Shown: in pieces, positions 9,246 through 17,359 of the stretch
Layout: each line of letters opens with the position of its first letter
Numbering within the stretch: the first letter of the stretch is position 1
IMG/VR virus record: IMGVR_UViG_3300005662_004829
Coordinates: 1 to 28,060 of that record
DNA length: 28,060 bases
Strand: one strand, 5' to 3'
DNA from: a virus
Taxonomy: Duplodnaviria > Caudoviricetes
The notes under the pieces: model-generated
What the model was told of the DNA's origin: nothing
Seen by the model: the letters and a program-made list of their open reading frames with translations, nothing else
Databases searched by the model: none
Translations under genes and position numbers: made by a program

Positions 9246-9275
9246 ATTATACACATATTGTCAGTTTTCTGTCAA
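9246..9275 (-). promoter_or_regulatory. Consensus sigma70-type promoter on the minus strand (antisense)
   Basis: The + strand has ATTATA at 9246-9251 and TGTCAA at 9270-9275, i.e. minus-strand TTGACA-N18-TATAAT. Confidence 0.65.
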
Positions 9276-9315
9276 GAGTACATACATGATTTTTTTAAAA
9301 AAACTATATAAAGAC

Positions 9316-9343
9316 TTGAAAGATTGTTTGAGTATGTTATACT
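9316..9343 (+). promoter_or_regulatory. Sigma70-type early promoter for g55
   Basis: TTGAAA (9316-9321), 16-nt spacer ending in TGT (extended -10), TATACT (9338-9343). Same architecture as the element at 13162-13189. Confidence 0.7.
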
Positions 9344-9349
9344 TTGGTC

Positions 9350-9916
9350 ATGAATAAAAAAGACGACAACGAAAACATAATTGAAGAAGAGATAAAAAGT
9401 GCAAAGCATTATATTAATAATGAAAAATTCTGTAAATCGATGACAGAATGGAAAAAACTCATAAAAGAATATGAGGAATCTGGTGAGGAGAAAAGACCAC
9501 CTCTATCTGATTATATTGCTGAATGTTTTCTAAAAATAGCAGAACATCTATCCCATAGACCTAATTTCATTAACTATCCATTTAGAGAAGATATGATTGG
9601 TGATGGAGTAGAAAACTGTATTTTATATGCCCATAATTTTGATCCAGAAAAATCATCAAATCCGTTTTCTTATTTCACACAAATAATTTATTACGCATTT
9701 TTGCGTAGAATCGAAAAAGAGAAAAAACAAGCATATATCAAATACAAATCATTACAGATGAATGATTTTGATGGAAAAATAGTTGAGTGGTTAAAGTCAC
9801 AACCAGATATTACTTCTTATTCAGATTTTTTATCTAAACATTTTGCTTTGACTGAAGCAGATATCGATAAGTTAGAACCAGAGAAGAAAAAGAAAAAGAG
9901 AAGGAAACGAAAGTGA
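9350..9916 (+). CDS. g55: Late-transcription sigma factor, T4 gp55 family
   Basis: HYINNEKF, ECFLKIAEHLSHRPNFINY, EDMIGDGVENC, FDPEKSSNPFSYFTQIIYYAFLRRIEKEKKQ. ATG 9350 preferred over TTG 9344, which abuts the -10 box. Confidence 0.96.
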   Translation: MNKKDDNENIIEEEIKSAKHYINNEKFCKSMTEWKKLIKEYEESGEEKRPPLSDYIAECFLKIAEHLSHRPNFINYPFREDMIGDGVENCILYAHNFDPEKSSNPFSYFTQIIYYAFLRRIEKEKKQAYIKYKSLQMNDFDGKIVEWLKSQPDITSYSDFLSKHFALTEADIDKLEPEKKKKKRRKRK

Positions 9917-10974
9917 AGATAGCATTCATCAATGATACTCATTTTGGTGTTAGAAATGACTCACCATTTTTCATTGAACATATTCTTAAATTTTTAGAAA
10001 CTAAATTTATACCTTATTTGATTGATAACAATATCGATACAGTTATACATTTAGGTGATTTTTTTGATCGTAGAAAATATGTAAATTTTAATACTCTTTC
10101 TATGGTTAGAAAAAGATTTATTGAACCATTATCAAATAATAACATCAAGATATATCTTGCTTTAGGTAATCATGATACTTATTATAAGAATACAAATGAG
10201 ATAAATTCAATAAAAGAATTATTTAACAATAGAGAAAATTTTATACTGATTGATTCACCGCAAGAAATCAAATTTGATGATGTATGTGTTTCTATTGTTC
10301 CGTGGATAACACAAGAAAATTATTCATCATCACTTAATTTTATTCAAAATTCCACTTGTAGAGTCATGTGTGGACATTTTGAAATTGTTGGATTTCAAGT
10401 AATGAGTGGAGTGAAGCACACTCATGGATTGACTATTAACGATTTTAATAAATTTGAAATGGTATTATCTGGTCATTTTCATCTAAAGCAACAAGATAAA
10501 AACATCTATTATCTTGGTTCTCAATACCAGATGAATTTTGGAGATGTAAATTCTAAAAAGGGATTTCATGTTTTGGATACAGAAACAATGGAATTAACTT
10601 TTGTTGAAAATGAAAATAATATATTTCATATTTTTAATTATGATGATTCAGACGAAAACGAAATTAAAAATATTGCAAAATTTATCTCCAAGAGTGATCT
10701 TCGTGGAAGTTTCGTTAGAGTCTTTATACGACAAAAAACAAAACAAGTTATATTTGATAAATTTCTAGATGCACTTTGGGAAAAAAACATACAGGATGTG
10801 TCTATAGTTGATGAAATGAATTTGAATTTAAATAATTCATCTGTTGCATTTGATGAATCACAAGATACACTCAGCATAATCAACAATGAAATTGATATGA
10901 TTGAGCGAGATATTGATAAGTTAAAATTGAAAAATATTATAAAAGATCTTTACATGGAGAGTTTAAGTTTATGA
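9913..10974 (+). CDS. g47: Recombination endonuclease subunit gp47 (Mre11/SbcD-like)
   Basis: Metallophosphoesterase motifs DTHFG, HLGDFFDRRK, GNHD, GHFE, SGHFH; GTG start overlapping the g55 stop. Confidence 0.95.
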   Translation: MKIAFINDTHFGVRNDSPFFIEHILKFLETKFIPYLIDNNIDTVIHLGDFFDRRKYVNFNTLSMVRKRFIEPLSNNNIKIYLALGNHDTYYKNTNEINSIKELFNNRENFILIDSPQEIKFDDVCVSIVPWITQENYSSSLNFIQNSTCRVMCGHFEIVGFQVMSGVKHTHGLTINDFNKFEMVLSGHFHLKQQDKNIYYLGSQYQMNFGDVNSKKGFHVLDTETMELTFVENENNIFHIFNYDDSDENEIKNIAKFISKSDLRGSFVRVFIRQKTKQVIFDKFLDALWEKNIQDVSIVDEMNLNLNNSSVAFDESQDTLSIINNEIDMIERDIDKLKLKNIIKDLYMESLSL

Positions 10975-11120
10975 ATAAACTTGAAATTAAAATATCAGAT
11001 AAATTTATTTTTAATAAAATTGAATCTAAAGTAGAACCTAAACCAGCTAAAAAAGATAAACAACCAGAACAAGTTAAAGTTGAGTTTAGATCAATGATTG
11101 TTCCTGAGAAAAAATTATGA
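10971..11120 (+). CDS. Small hypothetical protein (49 aa), not in ORF track
   Basis: MNKLEIKISDKFIFNKIESKVEPKPAKKDKQPEQVKVEFRSMIVPEKKL*. ATGA overlaps with both the g47 stop and the g46 start; GGAG upstream. Confidence 0.7.
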   Translation: MNKLEIKISDKFIFNKIESKVEPKPAKKDKQPEQVKVEFRSMIVPEKKL

Positions 11121-12847
11121 TTAAATTTGAAAAAGTCAGATTTAAAAATTTTGGATCATTTGGAAATGCAATGACTGAAATTGTATTAGATAAAAATAAT
11201 ACAACTTTGATCTGTGGTAATAATGGAAGTGGAAAGTCTTTTGCTTTCTTGGATTCTATTACTTTTGCTTTATTCGGTAAACCTTTTAGAAAAATAAATA
11301 TTCCACAACTTGCAAACTCTATAAATGAAAAAAATTGCATAGTAGAAATTGAATTCTCTAAGGGATCTGATAAATTTATTGTTCGTCGTGGAATAAATCC
11401 AAGAATATTTGAAATTTATAAAAATAATGAATTGATCGATCAGGACGCAAAAAGTCTTGATTATCAGGAACTTCTTGAGAATCAAATTCTAAAGATGAAC
11501 TATAAGACATTTACACAAGTTGTTATTCTTGGTAGTTCCTCGTTTGTTCCATTCATGCAATTGTCGGCAGCAGATCGTCGTGCTGTAATTGAGAATATTC
11601 TTGATATTAATATTTTTAGTACCATGAATATAGTACTGAAAGGAAAGATTCTTTCTTTAAAGGAAACAGTTAAGGAATTGAATTCCAAAATTGAACTTGA
11701 AAAAAGTAAGATAACAATTCAAAAAAATTATATTTCTACTCTTGAAAAGAAAAATTTAGAAGAAGATGAAGATGTTACTGGTAGAATCAAAGAGTTAAAT
11801 GATAAGATTATTCATCATAAGAGTATTATGTATTCTGGTGGATATGATCAGATTTCATTAGAGTTGGACATACAAAATATTAAATCAAGTATAAATGGAT
11901 GTCAAACTAAACTAAAGAAATATAATTCTATAATTTCAGAATTCAATGCAAATAAAAAGCAAAAACAACAAGATGTTGCTTTCTTTAAAGAAAATTGCAA
12001 ATGCCCAACATGTAGTCAACCAATCGAAGAAAAAATAAAGAAAGAAAAGATTCTAACTACGAATTATGAAATTTCAAATATAGATGATGATATTGAAAGA
12101 GCAAATAATGCTGTTAAAGATAATACAAAACATATTGAATTACTTGAAATGAATCTTGAGAAGGTGATTGAATCTATTTCTTTTATAAAGGGTATTAATA
12201 GAGAGATTGAACTTCTTGAAAAGGAAATTAAAAGAATTCAATCGACTACAGAAAAATCAATTATCAAAAATAATATTGTCGATGAAAAAGAAAAATTAAA
12301 AATTCTTGAAGGTGGTTTAACTGCTCTTGAAAATGAAAAAATAATTCATTCAGAAGATTTAATGTATCATGAATTTGTAAATGAACTTCTTCGAGATGGT
12401 GGAGTTAAATCTAAAATTATTAAATATTATCTTCCATTTATGAATAAATTTATTAACAAATATTTGTCGTCTATGGACTTCTTTGTACAATTTCAACTTG
12501 ATGAAGAATTTAATGAAGAAATTAAATCTCGTCACCGAGATGATTTTAGTTATATGAATTTCAGTGAAGGTGAAAAAATGAGAATAGATTTATCTTTACT
12601 TCTTGCATGGAGAGATGTTGCTAGACTTAAGAATAGTGTTAATTGCAATCTTCTTATTCTAGATGAAGTTTTCGATTCCTCATTGGATTCTGTTGGAATG
12701 GATGAACTAATGAAATTATTAAAATTGATTGGCGATAAAACAAATGTTTATGTTATCAGTCATAAATCTGATCAATTAGTTGACAAATTTTCAAATATTG
12801 TTTCCTTTGAGAAGAAAAATAATTTTAGTAAAATGATAAATATGTGA
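11117..12847 (+). CDS. g46: Recombination endonuclease subunit gp46 (Rad50/SbcC-like ATPase)
   Basis: FKNFGSFGN, Walker A GNNGSGKS, coiled coil with zinc-hook CPTC, signature FSEGEK, Walker B LLILDEVFDSSLD, ISH. Confidence 0.96.
   Translation: MIKFEKVRFKNFGSFGNAMTEIVLDKNNTTLICGNNGSGKSFAFLDSITFALFGKPFRKINIPQLANSINEKNCIVEIEFSKGSDKFIVRRGINPRIFEIYKNNELIDQDAKSLDYQELLENQILKMNYKTFTQVVILGSSSFVPFMQLSAADRRAVIENILDINIFSTMNIVLKGKILSLKETVKELNSKIELEKSKITIQKNYISTLEKKNLEEDEDVTGRIKELNDKIIHHKSIMYSGGYDQISLELDIQNIKSSINGCQTKLKKYNSIISEFNANKKQKQQDVAFFKENCKCPTCSQPIEEKIKKEKILTTNYEISNIDDDIERANNAVKDNTKHIELLEMNLEKVIESISFIKGINREIELLEKEIKRIQSTTEKSIIKNNIVDEKEKLKILEGGLTALENEKIIHSEDLMYHEFVNELLRDGGVKSKIIKYYLPFMNKFINKYLSSMDFFVQFQLDEEFNEEIKSRHRDDFSYMNFSEGEKMRIDLSLLLAWRDVARLKNSVNCNLLILDEVFDSSLDSVGMDELMKLLKLIGDKTNVYVISHKSDQLVDKFSNIVSFEKKNNFSKMINM
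12835..12842 (+). promoter_or_regulatory. Possible late promoter (GATAAATA)
   Basis: NATAAATA in the 3' end of g46, 6 nt before ATG 12849, which lacks an SD. Confidence 0.5.
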
Positions 12848-12848
12848 T

Positions 12849-13172
12849 ATGAGTAATTCTGATAATTTAAACTTTCGTGGTAAATTTAAAGAATATGATG
12901 TTGACGGAAAACCATATCTCTATAGAATTGGTGATGTTGTTGAATATAAAGGTAAAAAATATATTGCAACAAAAGCAACATCCACTACTGTTCCTGGTAC
13001 AATTAGTGCAAAGGAAACTTGGCAAACAATATCTGGACCTGGTGGATCATTCTATATACAAGATACACCACCAATTGGTGCAGTTGAAGGAGATAGATGG
13101 TTTAGACCAACGCCATCTGTTATGTTTACTTTAATAAAACAAGAAACCAATTTGATTTGGGTTGAACTGTAA
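12849..13172 (+). CDS. Small protein with CBM5/12-like carbohydrate-binding module and fibre-type motif
   Basis: YRIGDVVEYKGKKYIA...TVPG...W matches the Y-x-x-G-D-x-V-x-Y-x-G-x-x-Y pattern. The C-terminal IQDTPPIGAVEGDRWF resembles motifs in phage fibre proteins. Confidence 0.6.
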   Translation: MSNSDNLNFRGKFKEYDVDGKPYLYRIGDVVEYKGKKYIATKATSTTVPGTISAKETWQTISGPGGSFYIQDTPPIGAVEGDRWFRPTPSVMFTLIKQETNLIWVEL

Positions 13173-13189
13173 ATTAATCATGTTATACT
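13162..13189 (+). promoter_or_regulatory. Sigma70-type early promoter for the small ORF-g45-g44-g62 unit
   Basis: TTGAAC (13162-13167), 16-nt spacer ending in TGT, TATACT (13184-13189). Confidence 0.65.
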
Positions 13190-13201
13190 ATAGGAGTAAA
13201 A

Positions 13202-13375
13202 ATGAACAAAGATTATGATCGTGACAGAGAAAAGAATCGTAAGCGCAAAGAATTTAAACTTAAATCAATTGAGAAAAAAGAAAATGCTTCTCAAAAGAAA
13301 AAGATGAAACAGAATCTAAGAGAATATATGAACGGTCAATATGAATCTGATTTTACAGATGATAATTTTGAATGA
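13202..13375 (+). CDS. Small charged hypothetical protein (57 aa), not in ORF track
   Basis: MNKDYDRDREKNRKRKEFKLKSIEKKENASQKKKMKQNLREYMNGQYESDFTDDNFE*. TAGGAG SD at 13191-13196; fills the gap before g45. Confidence 0.75.
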   Translation: MNKDYDRDREKNRKRKEFKLKSIEKKENASQKKKMKQNLREYMNGQYESDFTDDNFE

Positions 13376-13384
13376 GATTTAATT

Positions 13385-14068
13385 ATGAAACCAGTGACTT
13401 TTTCGAAAAATACATTATCAATTCTTAAAAATTTTGCTAGTCTTAATTCAAATTTGCTGGTCAAACCAGGAAATGTAATTAAGACCATTACACCTTCTAA
13501 AAATGGCATGGCAATTGCCAATGTAGAAGAGACATTCAATACGGAATTTGGAATTTGGGATTTGAATAAATTTCTAGGAGTTGTGAGTCTGTTTAATAAT
13601 CCATCTTTTGATTTTGGTCAGAAAAGTATGAAAATCAAAAATGGTGGCAATGCTATTGTTAATTATTTTTACTCGGAACCAAGACTTCTATCTGTGCCTA
13701 CAAAAGATGTAATAATGCCACAGGTTGATGTTAGTGCTGCTATGACAGAAAAACAATTTTCTGAACTGCAAAAAGCAGCATCTGTAATGCAATTGCCAGA
13801 TTTATCATTTACATCTGATGCTGGATCAATAGTCGCAATGGTTTCCGATCTTTCTGATCCGACTAGTAACACATACAAGATTACAGTTGAGGATAAGTAT
13901 AACGGTGTAGATTTTAAATTTAATTTTAAGATGGAAAATATTAAAATCCTTCCAGGAGATTATAAAATTAATTTTGCTAAGAATGTAGTTGGTGAGTTCA
14001 TTAACAAGAATATTTCACTGACATATTGGTTTGCCATGGAAGCGAACACTTCAAAATATGGATCATAA
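13385..14068 (+). CDS. g45: DNA polymerase sliding clamp gp45
   Basis: TLSILKNFASLNSNL, FGIWDLNKFLG, LQKAASVMQLPDL, ENIKILPGDY, YWFAME. Confidence 0.96.
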   Translation: MKPVTFSKNTLSILKNFASLNSNLLVKPGNVIKTITPSKNGMAIANVEETFNTEFGIWDLNKFLGVVSLFNNPSFDFGQKSMKIKNGGNAIVNYFYSEPRLLSVPTKDVIMPQVDVSAAMTEKQFSELQKAASVMQLPDLSFTSDAGSIVAMVSDLSDPTSNTYKITVEDKYNGVDFKFNFKMENIKILPGDYKINFAKNVVGEFINKNISLTYWFAMEANTSKYGS

Positions 14069-14069
14069 G

Positions 14070-15014
14070 ATGAAACCTGAAAACTTTCTGTGGGTTGAAA
14101 AGTATCGTCCGCAGACCATTGAAGAGTGTGTTCTCCCCATGTCGTTGAAGTCAACCTTCAACGACATGGTTGCTAAAGGAGAACCACAAAATTTACTTTT
14201 TTCTGGTACTGCTGGTGTTGGTAAGACAACTGTTGCTAAGGCATTGTGTAATCAGATGGATTCTGATTGGATATTGATTAATTGTTCAGAGGAAGGAAAC
14301 ATTGACACTCTACGAACAAAAATTCGGCAGTTTGCCAGTACTGTGTCTTTGAATGGTGATACGAGAAAGGTTGTGATTCTTGATGAATTTGACTATTCCA
14401 ATGCTAATAGCATTCAACCTGCTTTGCGCGGTGCAATTGAAGAGTTTGCCAATAACTGTAGGTTTATTCTCACTTGCAACTATAAATCTAGAATTATTGA
14501 ACCTATTCATTCTCGTTGTACTTGTATTGATTTTGTACTTCCATCTACAGAAAAACCTGCAATCGCAGCAAAAATGATGGAGAGATGCGTGTATATCCTC
14601 AACCAAGAGGGTATTAAATTTGATAAGAAGGTACTTGGTCAATTGATCATGAAGTACTTTCCAGATATGAGAAGAATTCTAAACGAACTCCAAAGGTATT
14701 CTTCGTCAGGTGTAATTGATGTTGGTATTCTATCAACAATTGCTGAAATTGAGATTAAGAATTTAATGACGGCAATGGCAAATAAAGACTTTGCTACAGT
14801 TCGTCGGTGGGCAGCACTGAATGCTGAGGGATCTCCCCAGGAGGTCTATAGGAAAATCTACGATGCTCTAGGAGACAATGTAGACAAGCAGAGCATTCCA
14901 GAAGCGATCATGATCCTGGCAGAGTCTCAATATCGTAGTGCATTTGTAGCAGACCAAGAAATTAACTTGGTTGCTTGTCTTGTTCAACTAATGATGTCTT
15001 GTGCGTTTAAATAA
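14070..15014 (+). CDS. g44: Clamp loader large subunit gp44 (AAA+)
   Basis: FLWVEKYRP, Walker A GTAGVGKTT, ILDEFD, SRC, YFPDMRR, FVADQEIN. Start placed at ATG 14070 just after the g45 stop; upstream ATGs lie inside g45. Confidence 0.96.
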   Translation: MKPENFLWVEKYRPQTIEECVLPMSLKSTFNDMVAKGEPQNLLFSGTAGVGKTTVAKALCNQMDSDWILINCSEEGNIDTLRTKIRQFASTVSLNGDTRKVVILDEFDYSNANSIQPALRGAIEEFANNCRFILTCNYKSRIIEPIHSRCTCIDFVLPSTEKPAIAAKMMERCVYILNQEGIKFDKKVLGQLIMKYFPDMRRILNELQRYSSSGVIDVGILSTIAEIEIKNLMTAMANKDFATVRRWAALNAEGSPQEVYRKIYDALGDNVDKQSIPEAIMILAESQYRSAFVADQEINLVACLVQLMMSCAFK

Positions 15015-15016
15015 AT

Positions 15017-15388
15017 ATGTTATCTGATATATTAAATTCAATCAATCAGACTAAAGTTAATCTTATAGATTCTGAGAAAATTTCTGAAAAAGACTATGTT
15101 CCTTTTGTTGTAAATAAATGTTTGTCTTATTTTCCAGACACCATCTTTTATTCAAATCAGATGAATCGAATGTCATTTTTAGACAAGAAGATGCAGTATG
15201 ATTACTATATACACAGTATCTCTAAGAGAAAGAGGTTTTCTAAATGGATAAAACCAGAGGAAAATAGCGACATTGAGATCATTAAGGAAGTATATGGATA
15301 CTCCGACGCCCGTGCGCGGGAGGTTGTTGATCTAGTCCCTATGGATAAATTGAAAGATCTTGTTCAAAAAGGTGGTCAAAAAAGATAA
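15017..15388 (+). CDS. g62: Clamp loader small subunit gp62
   Basis: LNSINQTK, YVPFVVNKCLSYFPDTI, QYDY, KRKRFSKW, YGYS; located between g44 and regA. Confidence 0.93.
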   Translation: MLSDILNSINQTKVNLIDSEKISEKDYVPFVVNKCLSYFPDTIFYSNQMNRMSFLDKKMQYDYYIHSISKRKRFSKWIKPEENSDIEIIKEVYGYSDARAREVVDLVPMDKLKDLVQKGGQKR

Positions 15389-15391
15389 AAA

Positions 15392-15399
15392 TATAAATA
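15392..15399 (+). promoter_or_regulatory. T4-type late promoter (TATAAATA) upstream of regA and the glycan island
   Basis: Perfect TATAAATA in the g62-regA gap. Confidence 0.7.
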
Positions 15400-15423
15400 T
15401 TTTCTGTTAAAATGGAGTATATT

Positions 15424-15822
15424 ATGACAGAAAATATTTTTGAGGGTTTGGGTGTCGAAATAAAATTAAATTCAGAGGAAGATTTTCTCAAAGTAAAGGA
15501 AACTTTAACTAGATTGGGAGTTTCTTCTAAAAAAGAAAATAAATTATATCAGAGTTGCCATATTCTGCATAAAAGAGGTAGATATGCAATTATGCATTTT
15601 AAAGAAATGTTTATTCTAGATGGACTAGAGAGTGATATATCAGAAGATGATGTTGCTAGAAGAAATACAATAGTTAAACTTCTAATAGAATGGGGATTAG
15701 TTTCTGCAGTTGATCCTAAAACTTATTCAACACCACAATTATCTCTAGCAAGATTAAAAATAATCTCACACAAAGACAAAGGTAATTGGGAATTGATACC
15801 TAAATACCATATAGGTAAGTGA
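15424..15822 (+). CDS. regA: Translational repressor RegA
   Basis: DFLKVKETLTRLGVSS, LYQSCHILHKRGRYAIMHFKEMF, RRNTIVKLL.EWGL, WELIPKYHIG. GGAG at 15414-15417 favours ATG 15424. Confidence 0.96.
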   Translation: MTENIFEGLGVEIKLNSEEDFLKVKETLTRLGVSSKKENKLYQSCHILHKRGRYAIMHFKEMFILDGLESDISEDDVARRNTIVKLLIEWGLVSAVDPKTYSTPQLSLARLKIISHKDKGNWELIPKYHIGK

Positions 15823-15839
15823 CATGAAAGGTATATATT

Positions 15840-16697
15840 ATGGAAAAAATACAAGCAATTGGTGCACCGTTTTTAATAGAACATTCGTCTTGCTCTGATC
15901 TTAAACCTAAAACATTTGAATGGTCATCTGATGACCAACCAATTAAAGTTTTTATGGATAATTCTATCCTATCTGGTTGTGAATATGAGAAGAAAGCAGG
16001 AGAAACAAAAGTTGCCTGGATTTGTGAATCCAGAGCAATTTTTCATATGCAATCTATAGGAAGAGAGTCTTGGGAAAAAAATATAGAAGAATTGTGTAAT
16101 TTTTACGATGCTATCTATACCTCAGAAAAATCTATGCTTTCTATACATCCGAAGATACAATTTGCTTTTGCTGGCAGCAATTTGCCTTGGGTGAAAAAAG
16201 AATTATCTGTTATTGAAAAATCAAAATTCTGTTCATTTGTTTCATCGTCTAAAAATTACACATACGGTCATAGACTCAGACATGCTGTATATGATACATT
16301 TAAAGATAATATCGATATTTTTGGAAATATCAAAACAAATAATACATCTGAGAAACATCTACTAGGTGATGATAAGTGGGATAAATCTAATGCACTTACT
16401 GATTATATGTTTTCATTTGTCGTTGAGAATGATAGATATGAAACATACTATACTGAAAAATTAACAGATTGCTTTAAGACAGGAACTATACCTGTTTATT
16501 GGGGAGCACCAGATATTGGCGATTATTTTGATATTGATGGAATGGTGATACTGACAAATAATTTTGATATAAGAACTCTTACTCCAGAATTATTTGAATC
16601 AAAAATTCCTGCTGCAATTAAAAATTATGAAAAAGTTATAAATCTAGAAATGGCAGATGATTATCTTTATAGGAAAATTAAAGAAATTGAGTCATGA
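15840..16697 (+). CDS. Glycosyltransferase, GT10 (alpha-1,3-fucosyltransferase-like)
   Basis: C-terminal YMFSFVVEN...YYTEKLTDCFKTGTIPVYWGAP matches the GT10 donor-binding motif. Confidence 0.8.
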   Translation: MEKIQAIGAPFLIEHSSCSDLKPKTFEWSSDDQPIKVFMDNSILSGCEYEKKAGETKVAWICESRAIFHMQSIGRESWEKNIEELCNFYDAIYTSEKSMLSIHPKIQFAFAGSNLPWVKKELSVIEKSKFCSFVSSSKNYTYGHRLRHAVYDTFKDNIDIFGNIKTNNTSEKHLLGDDKWDKSNALTDYMFSFVVENDRYETYYTEKLTDCFKTGTIPVYWGAPDIGDYFDIDGMVILTNNFDIRTLTPELFESKIPAAIKNYEKVINLEMADDYLYRKIKEIES

Positions 16698-17359
16698 ATA
16701 CCCAGATAGTTTCATTTTATTGTGATATTGATAATAGAACATATTACAGTGATCATGCTAGAAGATTACGAATAAATTGTAATGAGAATAATATTCCTCA
16801 TGATATAAGACAATTGCAATCTCTTGGAGAATATAGATTAAATTGTCTGAGAAAACCAATATTTATTTACCAAATATTATTGGAAAAGAAAAAACCAATA
16901 GTATGGATGGATGTAGATTCACTCATCCATAGAGAGTTAAAAATATTTGATGAATTGCAAGATAAATGTGATATTGCTTTAGCATATCAAGGAATACCAC
17001 CACATATTAATCCTCTTTTTGGAAAGGCATCTCCAATTTATCTTAATTATAATACTATTACTTTAGAATTTTTACAATCTTGGATGCATCACTGTGAAGA
17101 AAATGCAAATAATCCAGATGTAAAAGTATTTGACCATGAAATATTAATGAGTAAAGTTCTTCCTGAATTCTTGCCAAAAATGAAAATTGGAGCATTGCCA
17201 ATAAATTATGCAATTTGGCCTGGAACAGAAATACCAGTTGGAATGGAAAAAATGATAACTATGGGTATTGCTGATGGTTCTTCTAAAGAAAAATCTTTAC
17301 GAGAAATGGGATTCAATGAAAAGGATATTAAATTTAATTTAGTTGGGAATCATTTTTAA
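16694..17359 (+). CDS. Putative GT-A nucleotide-diphospho-sugar transferase
   Basis: NCLRKPIFI...IVWMDVDSLI (DxD) and later W...DHE, as in GT34/GT77-like proteins; lies within the glycosyltransferase cluster. Confidence 0.65.
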   Translation: MNTQIVSFYCDIDNRTYYSDHARRLRINCNENNIPHDIRQLQSLGEYRLNCLRKPIFIYQILLEKKKPIVWMDVDSLIHRELKIFDELQDKCDIALAYQGIPPHINPLFGKASPIYLNYNTITLEFLQSWMHHCEENANNPDVKVFDHEILMSKVLPEFLPKMKIGALPINYAIWPGTEIPVGMEKMITMGIADGSSKEKSLREMGFNEKDIKFNLVGNHF

